A DNA stretch of 64,000 nucleotides from Deferribacterales bacterium (GTDB lineage Bacteria > Chrysiogenota > Deferribacteres > Deferribacterales > Geovibrionaceae). Shown here piece by piece: positions 1-9,794 of the stretch; position 1 is the first letter of the stretch, and the number at the start of each line of letters is the position of its first letter. The DNA lies in contig JBFWMA010000001.1 of NCBI GenBank assembly GCA_050251875.1, positions 218,456 through 282,455 on the forward strand, given 5' to 3'. Position numbers and translations under genes: made by a program. The notes under the pieces are model-generated. The model worked only from the letters and a program-made list of their open reading frames with translations. It was not told the DNA's origin and did not search any database.

Positions 1-996
1 AACGGCAGGAGAGCCGGATATCTGGTTCTGAAAGATGCCGCCGACCCGAATAAGGACATGAAAGGCTTTCTGAACGGAAGCATAGAGATAGATTATTTTC
101 CCGAAATGGCGAAGAACATGAAGGCTCAGCACAGCCTGTTCGTGTTCGACAGCTGTTTTTCCGGCACTGTTTTTACCGCCATGCGCTCCATCCCGGAGTT
201 TCTGATCGATATGCTCAGGAAACCGGCCAGAGAGTTTATATCCTCCGGTTCAGAGAACCAGCAGGTGCCTGATGAGTCGGTCTTCCGCAGACGTTTCACC
301 GAAGGTGTCACGGGCAGGGCGGACAGCAACGGCGACGGTGTGGTGACTGGAAGCGAGCTGGGAATGTTTTTGCAGAAAGAGGTAACAGTCTATTCCGGCG
401 GAACCCAGACCCCTGTTTTCGGTAAGCTGAGGGGATCGGACGGCGAGTTCATTTTCTTTGCGGCTGAACAGCAGAAAAATGATGAAAAGACAGCCGAAAG
501 ACCTGTGCCGTCTGGTGAAAAGGAAAAACTGCTCTCCATAATAAGAAAATCGCCGGGATCTCCGGAGGCGAATGACGCTCTGAAGAGGCTGAGAGAGATA
601 GACGACAGTCTGAAGAACAGACCGCCCGTAGAGGCGAAAGAGCGCAAAGATCTGGTGATGACCGCCACATCAAAAAAGATAACAAACACATCTTATTCGG
701 ATACATCTTTTCCATATGTTGTGATAGCACCTGTAACGGCAAAGGTAAACGGCACTACAATCACAGCCGCATTTAAAATTGAAGCGGATACAAACGAGCA
801 TTACCGCATGCTGACTCAGAGAAAGGATATGCTGAGATCGGTGATCCAGCACAGAATGGAAAAGCTGGAAACCAAAGATATGTCCATGACACAGCTAAGA
901 GACGCAGTGAAACATAGCGCAAAAGACGCTGTTGATTTCGCGTGTCCGTCCTGTTCGGAGACTGATCCCGTTCTCGTCGGGTTAAAAGTAAGATAG
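1..996 (+). CDS. Caspase-like (peptidase C14) protein, 5' end outside window, with extra C-terminal domain
   Basis: Frame is open from base 1 (NGRRAGYLVLKDA...). Shows the catalytic-Cys motif LFVFDSCFSG, S.F...F.EG and QTPVFG segments typical of bacterial C14 proteins, and an EF-hand-like DSNGDGVVTGSEL. Confidence 0.8.
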   Translation, partial: NGRRAGYLVLKDAADPNKDMKGFLNGSIEIDYFPEMAKNMKAQHSLFVFDSCFSGTVFTAMRSIPEFLIDMLRKPAREFISSGSENQQVPDESVFRRRFTEGVTGRADSNGDGVVTGSELGMFLQKEVTVYSGGTQTPVFGKLRGSDGEFIFFAAEQQKNDEKTAERPVPSGEKEKLLSIIRKSPGSPEANDALKRLREIDDSLKNRPPVEAKERKDLVMTATSKKITNTSYSDTSFPYVVIAPVTAKVNGTTITAAFKIEADTNEHYRMLTQRKDMLRSVIQHRMEKLETKDMSMTQLRDAVKHSAKDAVDFACPSCSETDPVLVGLKVR

Positions 997-997
997 C

Positions 998-1501
998 TTA
1001 CTTCATCAGAAGATCTGTAATCTCTCCCACATACATCCTGTGATAATCCTTGTTGGGATATGCGTCGTGAATGGCAGGATCCAGAAAGTTTTTCGGGTCT
1101 ATGTCCTGATGATACAGTTTCCTGCACACCATAACCATTCTGGACTGATTGAAATACACGCTGTTATTATCGAAGACAGGGGTCAGTCCTGTCTCTTTAA
1201 TCTTGTCCACGTTTCTTCCGCTCATCTTTCCGCAATATGTCAGGATATCCCTGTGTTCATCACCGAGAAAAGACAGGGTGTAGGTGTCGTGCTTTTCCAT
1301 GAATTCATAGGTATATCTGCCCGGACGAACGAAGATGAACGACACGTTTTTGAACCAAAGAATGCCCAGTCCGCCCCAGCTGGCCGTCATGGTGTTGAAC
1401 CCGTTTTTATCTCCGGCGGTCACCAGCATCCATTCGTCGTCTATAACAGAAAAAACGTTATCTTTCAGGGTTTTGGGGTCGATGCTGATAAAATCTGTCA
1501 T
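998..1501 (-). CDS. Flavin reductase-like (flavoredoxin family) protein
   Basis: Motifs WMLVTAG..NTMTASWGGLG, VRPGRYTYEF, CGKMSGRNVDK, YHRMYVGEI. Confidence 0.9.
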   Translation of the reverse strand: MTDFISIDPKTLKDNVFSVIDDEWMLVTAGDKNGFNTMTASWGGLGILWFKNVSFIFVRPGRYTYEFMEKHDTYTLSFLGDEHRDILTYCGKMSGRNVDKIKETGLTPVFDNNSVYFNQSRMVMVCRKLYHQDIDPKNFLDPAIHDAYPNKDYHRMYVGEITDLLMK

Positions 1502-1749
1502 TGTGAGCGCTCCGCCAGAAATTTCGCTATTTTCTCTGTCTCATATTTTTTTATATTCAGACCGTGCTTCTCCATCCTTTTTATGGTGGATTTCCATTGT
1601 TCCTCTGTTTTTACTTTTTCCAGAGAGACTTTTGTGCCGTGGCAGGTAGAACATTTTGAATAGAACAGGTTGATGCCTGTCTCTTTTGTGCCGTACATGA
1701 ATGTGAACATGAAAAGCAGTACGATGATGTGTTTCATAAAAAACCTCAT
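1498..1749 (-). CDS. Small monoheme c-type cytochrome
   Basis: Hydrophobic N-terminal signal, CSTCH heme motif, W..TIKRM distal Met; 4-nt overlaps with both neighbours. Confidence 0.8.
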   Translation of the reverse strand: MRFFMKHIIVLLFMFTFMYGTKETGINLFYSKCSTCHGTKVSLEKVKTEEQWKSTIKRMEKHGLNIKKYETEKIAKFLAERSQ

Positions 1750-2315
1750 TTTACTGATGTGATAAAGCTGATGGTGTCTTCCGCTACGCCTCCGGAGACT
1801 ATTCTCACTGTTACTTCACGGTTATAGTTGATGGCGCTGACCGTGTAGTTGTGACTGCCGATATATGTTATATTGTGATCGATCACGGTAGTTTTTGCGT
1901 GCAGGCGTACCTTTTTGTCATCGTACACCACTTTTATCCCCGCCTTCTTCAGCTCTTCGCCCGTGTCCTTGTTGGCGGCGGTGGTTATATCGCTCTTTCC
2001 GGCATCGTCCATCACCACATATATTTTCACGCCGTTCTGAGCCGCTTTTATCAGAGCCTGTTTTATCATTTCCGTGTCGGTGTAGTTACGGTCAGATGTT
2101 TTGAACATATAGATCGCCATATAGACGCTCTCTTTTGCGTTGGCTATGTCGTGCACCAGCGACTGAAGCATGGATTTATCCGGCAGCACAGCCACCGTAG
2201 CCTCGTGCTCTCTTATGTCCGCCTTCAGATTGGAATAAATGAAAAAGGCGGCAAGAACTGTAAGTATGCCTATCAGCTTAGCCGAGAATTTCCTGTATCC
2301 TCTTCCAGACCTCAT
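1746..2315 (-). CDS. Phospholipase D-like / Nuc family protein with a single HKD motif
   Basis: N-terminal TM helix; HAKTTVID (HxKxxxxD) followed by GSHN and NRE. Confidence 0.88.
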   Translation of the reverse strand: MRSGRGYRKFSAKLIGILTVLAAFFIYSNLKADIREHEATVAVLPDKSMLQSLVHDIANAKESVYMAIYMFKTSDRNYTDTEMIKQALIKAAQNGVKIYVVMDDAGKSDITTAANKDTGEELKKAGIKVVYDDKKVRLHAKTTVIDHNITYIGSHNYTVSAINYNREVTVRIVSGGVAEDTISFITSVK

Positions 2316-2850
2316 CTTTTCCCTTTCCCGTCAGAGAGCTGAACAGAATAAAGTCCTCTCTGGCTATGTTTAACTGTTTGCTGATGGCCGCCAGACGTGA
2401 AGCGGCCTGATTGTTAGATAGCTTATCACATTTGGTCAGAGCGACAATAGTGCGCAGGTTGAAATGCTGAAACCAGAACAGCATGCCCAGGTCATCCTCG
2501 TTGGGGTCACGGCGTATATCGAGTATCAGAACACATGCTACAAGCTGTGTGCGTTCTGTCAGATAGTTCTCTATGGTTTCGCCCCACTGCTTCTTCTCCT
2601 CTTTGGACACTTTGGCGTATCCGTAGCCGGGCAGGTCCACCAGCATAAAGGTGTCCTGTACCAGAAAGAAGTTGACCAGTCGGGTCTTGCCTGGTGTTTT
2701 GCCGACTTTCACCAGTTTTCTGGTGCCGAGCAGTGTGTTTATCATGCTGGATTTACCGACGTTGCTTCGTCCGGCGAAGGCAATTTCCGGAAATTCTGTT
2801 ACCGGATACTGCTGCGGCTCACGGGCGGATTTTATGAATTCAGCCTTCAT
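2278..2850 (-). CDS. engB: Ribosome biogenesis GTP-binding protein EngB/YihA/YsxC
   Basis: G motifs GRSNVGKSS, TPGKT, DLPGYG, TKCDKL. Confidence 0.97.
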   Translation of the reverse strand: MKAEFIKSAREPQQYPVTEFPEIAFAGRSNVGKSSMINTLLGTRKLVKVGKTPGKTRLVNFFLVQDTFMLVDLPGYGYAKVSKEEKKQWGETIENYLTERTQLVACVLILDIRRDPNEDDLGMLFWFQHFNLRTIVALTKCDKLSNNQAASRLAAISKQLNIAREDFILFSSLTGKGKDEVWKRIQEILG

Positions 2851-3694
2851 TTATCACCCCGCATTCACGAAGAAATTCCATTACGGAAAAATCGAAATTA
2901 AAGGAAAATCCGGCGGCGTTCTTGTGACCGCCCCCTCCGTTCTCCTCTGCCAGCGTGCGGACGTCCACTTCCGGACGGGATCTGAGCGAGACCTTTTTTC
3001 TCTGCATGTTTATCAGAACCACATAGTCCATTTCCAGCTCTTTTATGATATAGTTGCCCAGCTCCGAACTGTATTCCTCGGCGAAGACAACGAACACGTC
3101 CAGATCGTCAGCGTCTTTCAGAGCGAACCCGGACTTGGCGGCGGCATGGATATATTTATCCCTGCGCTCTGTTTCCAGATCGACTATAAGCTGTTCGTCC
3201 TCGGTGAAGCCAGTGTAGGGCTTTCTGAAGAATCTTTCCAGATATCTCTCAACACCCAGTTTCATGAAAAGCATATTCATCTGAAGGCTGTCTCTGCGTT
3301 TCAGGTGCCACATGTCAAAGTCGTTGACGCACTCGACCAGCTCTCTATAGGATGCTACGTCGTATCCGTGCTGTTCCAGCCATTCGTATGTGAGCAGAGT
3401 CGCGCACTTTTTGATGTCGTGTACTGTCTCTGTCATTTCTTTCAGCCATTTGGAAGATTCATGGTGGTCTATCACCACTATCTGTATGTCGCCCATAACC
3501 TGCTGAAATACCCTCTGGCTGGGTGACATATCCGTGATGAGGATCTCTTCGTAATGGTTGGTGTCCACATCCAGCAGTATCTGATCTATCTCGTTATAAT
3601 TGCAGAATATATTGTCCACGTCCCTGATGAATCTCTTGGTAAGGACACCGCAGGAGACGCCGTCCAGATCGTTGTGTGAAATATGCAGTATCAA
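2840..3694 (-). CDS. DHH/DHHA1 family phosphoesterase (nanoRNase-like)
   Basis: HNDLDG, ITD, IDHH and GGGGHKNAAG motifs. Confidence 0.92.
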   Translation of the reverse strand: MILHISHNDLDGVSCGVLTKRFIRDVDNIFCNYNEIDQILLDVDTNHYEEILITDMSPSQRVFQQVMGDIQIVVIDHHESSKWLKEMTETVHDIKKCATLLTYEWLEQHGYDVASYRELVECVNDFDMWHLKRRDSLQMNMLFMKLGVERYLERFFRKPYTGFTEDEQLIVDLETERRDKYIHAAAKSGFALKDADDLDVFVVFAEEYSSELGNYIIKELEMDYVVLINMQRKKVSLRSRPEVDVRTLAEENGGGGHKNAAGFSFNFDFSVMEFLRECGVINEG

Positions 3695-3695
3695 A

Positions 3696-4115
3696 TTATT
3701 CTCCGATGATTTTTACCAGAACACGTTTTTTGCGTCTTCCGTCGAATTCGCCGTAAAAGATACACTCCCAGGGTCCGAAGTCCAGCCGTCCTTCCGTGAC
3801 CGCCACCACCACCTCTCGCCCCATTATCTGACGTTTGTGGTGGGCGTCCCCGTTGTCTTCGCCTGTTCTGTTGTGGCGGTAGAGGGACAGGGGCTCGTGG
3901 GGAGCCAGTTTTTCCAGCCAGTCCTTATAGTCCTGATGGAGTCCGCTCTCGTTGTCGTTGATGAAGACGGAAGCAGTGATGTGCATGGCGTTCACCAGAC
4001 AAAGACCTTCCTTTATCCCGCTTTCACGAAGGCAGTTCTCCACATCCGGCGTGATATTGATAAACTCCATCCTCTGACTTGTGTTGAACCAGAGCTCTTT
4101 ACGGTATGATTTCAT
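3696..4115 (-). CDS. yjbQ: YjbQ/UPF0047 family protein
   Basis: [29 protein letters not shown]. Confidence 0.93.
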   Translation of the reverse strand: MKSYRKELWFNTSQRMEFINITPDVENCLRESGIKEGLCLVNAMHITASVFINDNESGLHQDYKDWLEKLAPHEPLSLYRHNRTGEDNGDAHHKRQIMGREVVVAVTEGRLDFGPWECIFYGEFDGRRKKRVLVKIIGE

Positions 4116-4156
4116 AGATATAAACTAACAGGATTCGCTATGATTTCATAGTTTTT

Positions 4157-4744
4157 TTAGATGAAAGTCCTATAAAAAGGTTTGTGAGCGATGGCAAGCA
4201 TCTCTTTGTCGCCTCTGCTGTCGCCGTAGGCATATATTTCGGAGTAGTCGTCAGGGTTCAGCAGTTTTTTGATTCTGTTCACCTTCTCCGCTCCGTAGCA
4301 GTTTTTTGTGCCGAGCCTGCCTGAGATGATGCCGTCCGCTGATTCGGCTTCAGTGCATAGGAGCTCCAGTCCGTTGTTTTCACACCATCTTCTCATCCAG
4401 ATATCGAAAGAGGCAGTGACAATGACTATCCTATCCCCGTTCTTTCTGTGTTCCTCTATCTGTTTCATGGCGGAGTCCTTAACCAGCACGTCCAGATGCT
4501 TTTCGGCGTACCAGTCGCCTTTTTGCCGCAGGGTCTCGGCGTTCCAGCCTTTATAGAATGTGGTGAAAACAGCCTCTTTCGCCCTGAAATTAGGGATGAG
4601 CTTCAGTTTCATCATTATCAGCAGGTGCAGGTTCAGAAACATATTCAGCAGGAATTTTTTGTATCCGTGGGTGAATATCAGAAAGCCGATGAAGCTGTCT
4701 GAGTTGGTAACTGTCCCGTCGAAGTCGAAAAGGGCAAGTCTCAT
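4157..4744 (-). CDS. HAD-IB family phosphatase, probably polyprenyl-phosphoribose 5-phosphate phosphatase
   Basis: FDFDGT motif I, VTAS, NCYGAEK, AYGDSRGD; coupled to the DprE-like genes. Confidence 0.88.
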   Translation of the reverse strand: MRLALFDFDGTVTNSDSFIGFLIFTHGYKKFLLNMFLNLHLLIMMKLKLIPNFRAKEAVFTTFYKGWNAETLRQKGDWYAEKHLDVLVKDSAMKQIEEHRKNGDRIVIVTASFDIWMRRWCENNGLELLCTEAESADGIISGRLGTKNCYGAEKVNRIKKLLNPDDYSEIYAYGDSRGDKEMLAIAHKPFYRTFI

Positions 4745-5475
4745 CAGATGCTTGTCTTCTTAAATATGAATTCGGGTATATGGCGGATTATGAGCATGAT
4801 CAGGCGCCATCTCTTTTTGGTATAGATGACGTTCTTTCCTTTGCTCCATGCGCTGTAGATGTCCTCTGCCACTTCAACCGGCTGGGCTGTCAGCTTTTTA
4901 GGCAGATCCATTCCGGCGGTCATTTTGGTATCCACGAAACCGGGCTTTACCGTCATGACATGGACTCCCGCTGTGAAGAGTCTGTTTCGCAGACCGCTTA
5001 AATATTCACTGAATCCAGCTTTGGCGCTGCCGTATATATAGTTGCTTTTACGTCCTCTGTCGCCCGCTACGGAAGAGACGCCTATGATGAATCCGCTCTT
5101 TCTGCTCTCCATGTCGTTCGCCGCCAGATTCAGCATGCTGACAGGACCTGTGTAGTTTGTGCGCATTATCCTGTCCGCCTCAGAAAAATCTTTTTCGGCT
5201 GTCTTCTGGTCGCCCAGATAGCCCACCACAGATATCACGCCTTCGGGTTTCGGGTCTAGAGCGCCGTATATGGCGGCATGGGTTTCCGTAGCGGTGATGT
5301 CCATCTCCACCGGAACAGCTTTTCTGCTGTATCTGACATCAATGTCCTTTATCTGTTCGTCAAGCTCGGCAGTGTTTCTGCACGCCAGATACAGATCATA
5401 TCCGTGAGAGGCGTAGACTCTTGCCACCGCCTTTGCCATGTCGCTTTTTGCGCCTAATATCAGTATGTAGCTCAT
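4744..5475 (-). CDS. dprE2: DprE2-like SDR (polyprenyl-phospho-2-keto-ribose reductase)
   Basis: LGAKSDMA, SSVAGDRGRKSNYIYGSAK, VKPGFVDTKMT; adjacent to the DprE1-like gene. Confidence 0.82.
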   Translation of the reverse strand: MSYILILGAKSDMAKAVARVYASHGYDLYLACRNTAELDEQIKDIDVRYSRKAVPVEMDITATETHAAIYGALDPKPEGVISVVGYLGDQKTAEKDFSEADRIMRTNYTGPVSMLNLAANDMESRKSGFIIGVSSVAGDRGRKSNYIYGSAKAGFSEYLSGLRNRLFTAGVHVMTVKPGFVDTKMTAGMDLPKKLTAQPVEVAEDIYSAWSKGKNVIYTKKRWRLIMLIIRHIPEFIFKKTSI

Positions 5476-6764
5476 ATATTTACCCGCCTGCTCTGAAGAG
5501 AGCTGAATTTTCTGTTCATGCCTGTCTGTTCTCTGAGTTCCCGGAATTTATCTATCATCGGGTATCCCTGCTCGAATGTTTTTTCCGGCACTCGCACGTC
5601 TTTGGTGAGATAGATGCGTCCGCCGTAGTCCAGAACTATCCTGTCCAGCTTATACAGCAGGTCGAAAAGCCCGTGTTCTATCTTGAAATCCAGCGCCAGA
5701 CTGTAGCCCTCCATGGGGAAAGAGAGCCAGTTTTCGTTAGCCTTGCCGTATAGTTTCAGCACCGCCAGAAAGGAACCCTTGCCGCTGTCGGCTATTTTTT
5801 TCAGTATCTTTTCCAGACCCTCATAGCTGGCGTCCAGAGGCAGGATGAACTGATACTGAGTGAAGCCGTTCCTGCCGTATATCCTGTTCCAGTTGTTTAT
5901 GGCGTCCAGCGGATAGAAGAACTGGTCGTAGTCCACCTTCGCCACGCCGTTTTTGCCCTTGGCATAATAGAGTGTGTTGAATGCGGATACTGATAGATTG
6001 TTCAGCGAGAAAGACGGGAAATTGAAAGGAATATCTTTCTTGCGGTCGGCATTAGGCGTCAGATCGCCGTCATCGGCGAAATCGCCGGCCATCAGAAGAC
6101 ACCTGCCCAGCTTACTGCCTTTCGCCAGGCAGTCTATCCACGCCACGGAATAGGGCATGTGTTTATATTCGCTGAAAGCGTCGAAGGTTGCTTTCAGGTC
6201 GGATGTTTTTACTGTGGTCTGAACGATATTTTTTGAGTTTATCTTTTTCAGGTATATGTCCGCTTCCAGAATGATGCCTGTGAGCCCCATCCCCCCGCAG
6301 GTGGCGTGGAACATGTCGGCGTTTTCCTCTCTGGAGCAGTTTATTATGTCTCCGTCTGCCGTCATTATGCGGAATGAAAGCACACATTCACTGAAACAGC
6401 CCTCTACATGATGGTTCTTTCCGTGAACGTCGCTGGCTATCGCTCCGCCTATGGTTATCAGCTTGGTTCCAGGTGTTATCTTCAGAAACCAGCCTCTGGG
6501 AACGAATACGTCTAATATTTCAGACAGCAGAACGCCTGATTTGCAGCGGAGCAGACCTGTCTGATCGTCGAAGCTGATGAAAAGATCGTGGTTTCTCATG
6601 TGCAGGATGGTGTCGCCAAGGGCGCTGTCGCCGTAGCTTCTGCCGTTTCCGTATGAGATCATCTGACTGTTTTTTGATATGGTTTCGGCGAGCCTGCGCT
6701 CACCTGTGTATCTGATTACTCTGTTTTCCAATCTGGGGTAGTTTCCCCAGCTGTATAGACTCAT
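5472..6764 (-). CDS. dprE1: DprE1-like FAD-binding oxidase (polyprenyl-phosphoribose 2-oxidase)
   Basis: GNGRSYGD, TPGTKLITIGGAIASDVHGKNHH, YSVAWIDC, FFYPLD, GGRIYLTKD. Confidence 0.88.
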   Translation of the reverse strand: MSLYSWGNYPRLENRVIRYTGERRLAETISKNSQMISYGNGRSYGDSALGDTILHMRNHDLFISFDDQTGLLRCKSGVLLSEILDVFVPRGWFLKITPGTKLITIGGAIASDVHGKNHHVEGCFSECVLSFRIMTADGDIINCSREENADMFHATCGGMGLTGIILEADIYLKKINSKNIVQTTVKTSDLKATFDAFSEYKHMPYSVAWIDCLAKGSKLGRCLLMAGDFADDGDLTPNADRKKDIPFNFPSFSLNNLSVSAFNTLYYAKGKNGVAKVDYDQFFYPLDAINNWNRIYGRNGFTQYQFILPLDASYEGLEKILKKIADSGKGSFLAVLKLYGKANENWLSFPMEGYSLALDFKIEHGLFDLLYKLDRIVLDYGGRIYLTKDVRVPEKTFEQGYPMIDKFRELREQTGMNRKFSSLQSRRVNI

Positions 6765-7159
6765 TTCTCACCCCTGAATACAAATCTTTTGTCCAGACGG
6801 TATTTGGTGATATAGCCTATGGAAAGACCTGTTACAGCTCCTATATATTTGCTGACAGGATTATCCCATATGTGGTGAAAGGACAGCTCCGTTCCCCAGA
6901 ATATCACCGTGGTGAATACCCCCATGAAAGAATAAATAAGGAATTTTTTCGCGTCCTCAGTCTTTGTCTCTGTTTTATGGTAAAAGATGTATTTTTTATC
7001 CAGCACATATTTTACTGCGAGTCCGGCTATGGTGCCAACGAACATCGCAACGTAAAGAGAGAAGCGCAGATCATATATCTTTAGAGACAGCCACTGAAAG
7101 GATATGTTCACCAGAGTGGCTATCACAGCGAAGATTATATATTTTACAGCGAGTTTCAT
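6761..7159 (-). CDS. GtrA family lipid-linked sugar flippase-like protein
   Basis: 132 aa, four TM helices, KY.LDKKYIF and KY.LDKRFVF repeats. Confidence 0.85.
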   Translation of the reverse strand: MKLAVKYIIFAVIATLVNISFQWLSLKIYDLRFSLYVAMFVGTIAGLAVKYVLDKKYIFYHKTETKTEDAKKFLIYSFMGVFTTVIFWGTELSFHHIWDNPVSKYIGAVTGLSIGYITKYRLDKRFVFRGEK

Positions 7160-8016
7160 AGCTTGGGTATCAGTATGAAGCTGGCGAGCCAGCCCGCTAT
7201 GATCAGCTGAAGAAACCTGTCTGTGTATACCAGCATGGTGGGGCTGCCGCTTCTGTTCTCCACAAATGTGATCTGCATATATCTGAGTATGCCTGTTATC
7301 ACGAAGAATGACGACAGATAAAGATGTCTGGTGCCGAAACGGCTGACCGTTTCAGGGGCGACAGTATACATGATGTATGAAACGACTGTGACCGCCGCCA
7401 TGAAAACCATGGAGGCGTTTATCATCTCGGCATTGTATCCGTCGATGTTTTTGCGTGTTTGTTTGCCCTCAAGAGCCAGAAGCACGTCGTCACGCCTCTT
7501 TGCCAGCGCCAGAAAGAGAGCGAGCTGGAATGTGACCATGATGATCCATGTGGAGGTGGGAATGCGCATGGCGAATGATCCGGCGAATATGCGGAGTACG
7601 AAGCCGAAAGCGATAACGGAAATATCCAGCACGGAAACATGTTTCAGCTTGTAAGTGTATAAGATATTCATAACGATATACATTATGATGACGATGCACA
7701 GCCACAGAGCGATGAAATATGAGAGGATAACGGCAACAGCCGCCAGAACAGCCATCAGAATGAGCGCCGTTGGTTTGGAGACAGCTCCAGAAGCCAGAGG
7801 TCTGTTGCGTTTGACGGGATGTTCCCTGTCCTCTTCTATGTCGTGCCAGTCATTCAGTATGTATATGGAGCTGGCGGCCATGCAGAAGAGCCCGAAAGCG
7901 GCAAAAGACCGCATGACGCCGTCAGCCGTGAAATGCTGGGCGAAGAACATAGGCGCCAGTACAAAAATATTCTTAATCCATTGATGCGGGCGCATCAGAA
8001 CTATAATGTTACGCAT
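7156..8016 (-). CDS. UbiA-family polyprenyl-phosphate phosphoribosyltransferase
   Basis: RPHQWIKN, YILNDWHDIEEDREHPVKRNRPLASG, LAKRR. Confidence 0.92.
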   Translation of the reverse strand: MRNIIVLMRPHQWIKNIFVLAPMFFAQHFTADGVMRSFAAFGLFCMAASSIYILNDWHDIEEDREHPVKRNRPLASGAVSKPTALILMAVLAAVAVILSYFIALWLCIVIIMYIVMNILYTYKLKHVSVLDISVIAFGFVLRIFAGSFAMRIPTSTWIIMVTFQLALFLALAKRRDDVLLALEGKQTRKNIDGYNAEMINASMVFMAAVTVVSYIMYTVAPETVSRFGTRHLYLSSFFVITGILRYMQITFVENRSGSPTMLVYTDRFLQLIIAGWLASFILIPKL

Positions 8017-8048
8017 CAGTCAAATTACCACATAATTGGATTTTATAA

Positions 8049-8106
8049 AAGTCTATTTTCGGAAGAAGATATCAGGTGTTACAGTGGTTATTACACTGAT
8101 TACTAT
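8049..8106. repeat. Degenerate direct-repeat copy of the 3' end of the DUF2905-like gene (partner 9795-9852)
   Basis: Manual alignment gives 49/58 identity, with the first 22 nt (aagtctattttcggaagaagat) identical. Confidence 0.9.
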
Positions 8107-8123
8107 GGAGTTATAATTACGAA

Positions 8124-9719
8124 TTACTGCTGATTTTCTTCTGCATAAATAGTGAAATGCTCAGATTTGTATATAGGAACAGTCATTTTGCCTTTTGGGA
8201 AACTATATAGTGATATGAGCAATCCGTCACGTTTTTCTGTTTCATGTAAGTAATCTGAATGGATATCGCTGAATCGGGCTGATTCCCTGATGTGTATCCA
8301 TGGTCCTATGGAATAAAGAGAGCTACCTGCCTCTTCCGCGATATTTGTTATCATATTTCTTCTGTCATCCCATGTTCCATCTACATAAATTGGCTTGTTG
8401 ATCAAGGATTTTATTTTGAGCCAGCGTACCATATCGATATATTCATGTCTGTCTGCTTTGGCGTCTTTAACAAAGCGGCGTTTTTCCATCATAAAATAGT
8501 TTTTGTTTTCAGCAAGCTGAAACAGCATGGCTACGCATAAAACAAAAAGCGCAGTTCTTCTGTTATTAAAAGATGATGAGACGGCTGAAACTGCGGCGGC
8601 CGACATGATATAGCCCGTTACCCAGAATAGTCTGCCCGAAGCTCTGAAAGGAGATAGTGCTTTTTCCAGCAATATCGGTAAATGGACTTCGAAAAGTTTG
8701 ATACTTCCAATATACCATACTGTCGAAATGCTGATAACTGTGATTATTAAAATATAAGCTAAAATATATTTATCAAAATAGCTTATGAACATTGCTCTGG
8801 TATCTTTTTTCAGCAGACATAATAGCAAGAGCAGGAACAACCCCATTCCGAAATATTGAAATCCCTCATACTGCCCGTCTGTACCGTGGGGGATTCTGCC
8901 AAGGAAACGAGATGTTCCCATCGCGTCAAACGGGGATAAAATGTTCATTGAGTAAAAACCAAGCCCGCCTGTACTTCCTTTAAAACCGCTGAAATACCCC
9001 ACGCAGAACATGAATATTATCAGTGACGTCGCCGACATAATCAGGTAAGAGATGTTGCGTATGATTTTAGCTTTGTCGATAAAGCTGTCTTTAAGAAGGA
9101 TGAAGAAAGTAATACCAGCTAGTATTGGAACAAAATAGAAATGGATGAGTGAAGCAAGCAGCGTCAGCAAGGTTATCCATAAAACTTTTTTATTTGTTGG
9201 CATGTTAATAAAGAAAAAGGTAATGCCGCTAATTATAAGAAAGTGCGCCATTAAATTGAGATGCCCTATTCTGGCGAGGAAAGGAGGGTAGAGTCCTATG
9301 ATGAAAATGCCTATTATACGATATATACCTGATACTTTCATTGTTTTAAGCAGCCATCCGGCTGACAGAAATTGCAGAATAAAACAAGCGTACAGCCATA
9401 GTCCATAAATTTGTGCTTTTGCCGGTAAAACAGGCGACAAGGCTTTTAATATGAATCCCAGCAGGAGATTGCCGTCTGAAAAAATTATGTTGGCTCCCAC
9501 AGGCGAGTCGGCATTATAAATATCGCCCAGCGGGAAACCTATGTGAGAGAAGCGGTACATTACTATAGACGCATAGTTTTGATAATAATCACCGACATAT
9601 AGCCAGTCGGTATATGTCGGGTTGAGTATTTTTAAGCCAAATAAAAAATAAAATAAAACAGTTGAAAAGAGCAATACTAGAAAAATTTCTTTAGTGTCAG
9701 AACTTAGAGCAGTTTTCAT
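8124..9719 (-). CDS. Multi-pass membrane protein, DUF6311-like, putative GT-C glycosyltransferase
   Basis: About 12 TM helices; GD..QNY, G.NIIFSD, H.Y, GQYEGFQYFG, FRASGR. ATG at 9719 follows AGAGG (ORF track starts at 9764). Confidence 0.7.
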   Translation of the reverse strand: MKTALSSDTKEIFLVLLFSTVLFYFLFGLKILNPTYTDWLYVGDYYQNYASIVMYRFSHIGFPLGDIYNADSPVGANIIFSDGNLLLGFILKALSPVLPAKAQIYGLWLYACFILQFLSAGWLLKTMKVSGIYRIIGIFIIGLYPPFLARIGHLNLMAHFLIISGITFFFINMPTNKKVLWITLLTLLASLIHFYFVPILAGITFFILLKDSFIDKAKIIRNISYLIMSATSLIIFMFCVGYFSGFKGSTGGLGFYSMNILSPFDAMGTSRFLGRIPHGTDGQYEGFQYFGMGLFLLLLLCLLKKDTRAMFISYFDKYILAYILIITVISISTVWYIGSIKLFEVHLPILLEKALSPFRASGRLFWVTGYIMSAAAVSAVSSSFNNRRTALFVLCVAMLFQLAENKNYFMMEKRRFVKDAKADRHEYIDMVRWLKIKSLINKPIYVDGTWDDRRNMITNIAEEAGSSLYSIGPWIHIRESARFSDIHSDYLHETEKRDGLLISLYSFPKGKMTVPIYKSEHFTIYAEENQQ

Positions 9720-9794
9720 TTTGCCTCTTCGGATTTGGCTGGTCAGATTGGTATCCATATACATGGAAAGTTAGCATAAAAATACCAGCATTAG

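Noticed and set aside
1746..2315. PLD-family gene as an anti-phage nuclease
   Set aside because: It is membrane-anchored, lies within a housekeeping run and has no defence genes nearby.
2651..3526. 291-aa plus-strand ORF and the many other long antisense ORFs in the track (e.g. 1040-1663, 25909-26595, 46718-47293, 53101-53769)
   Set aside because: They lie opposite well-supported genes and show no motifs; they are shadows of codon bias.
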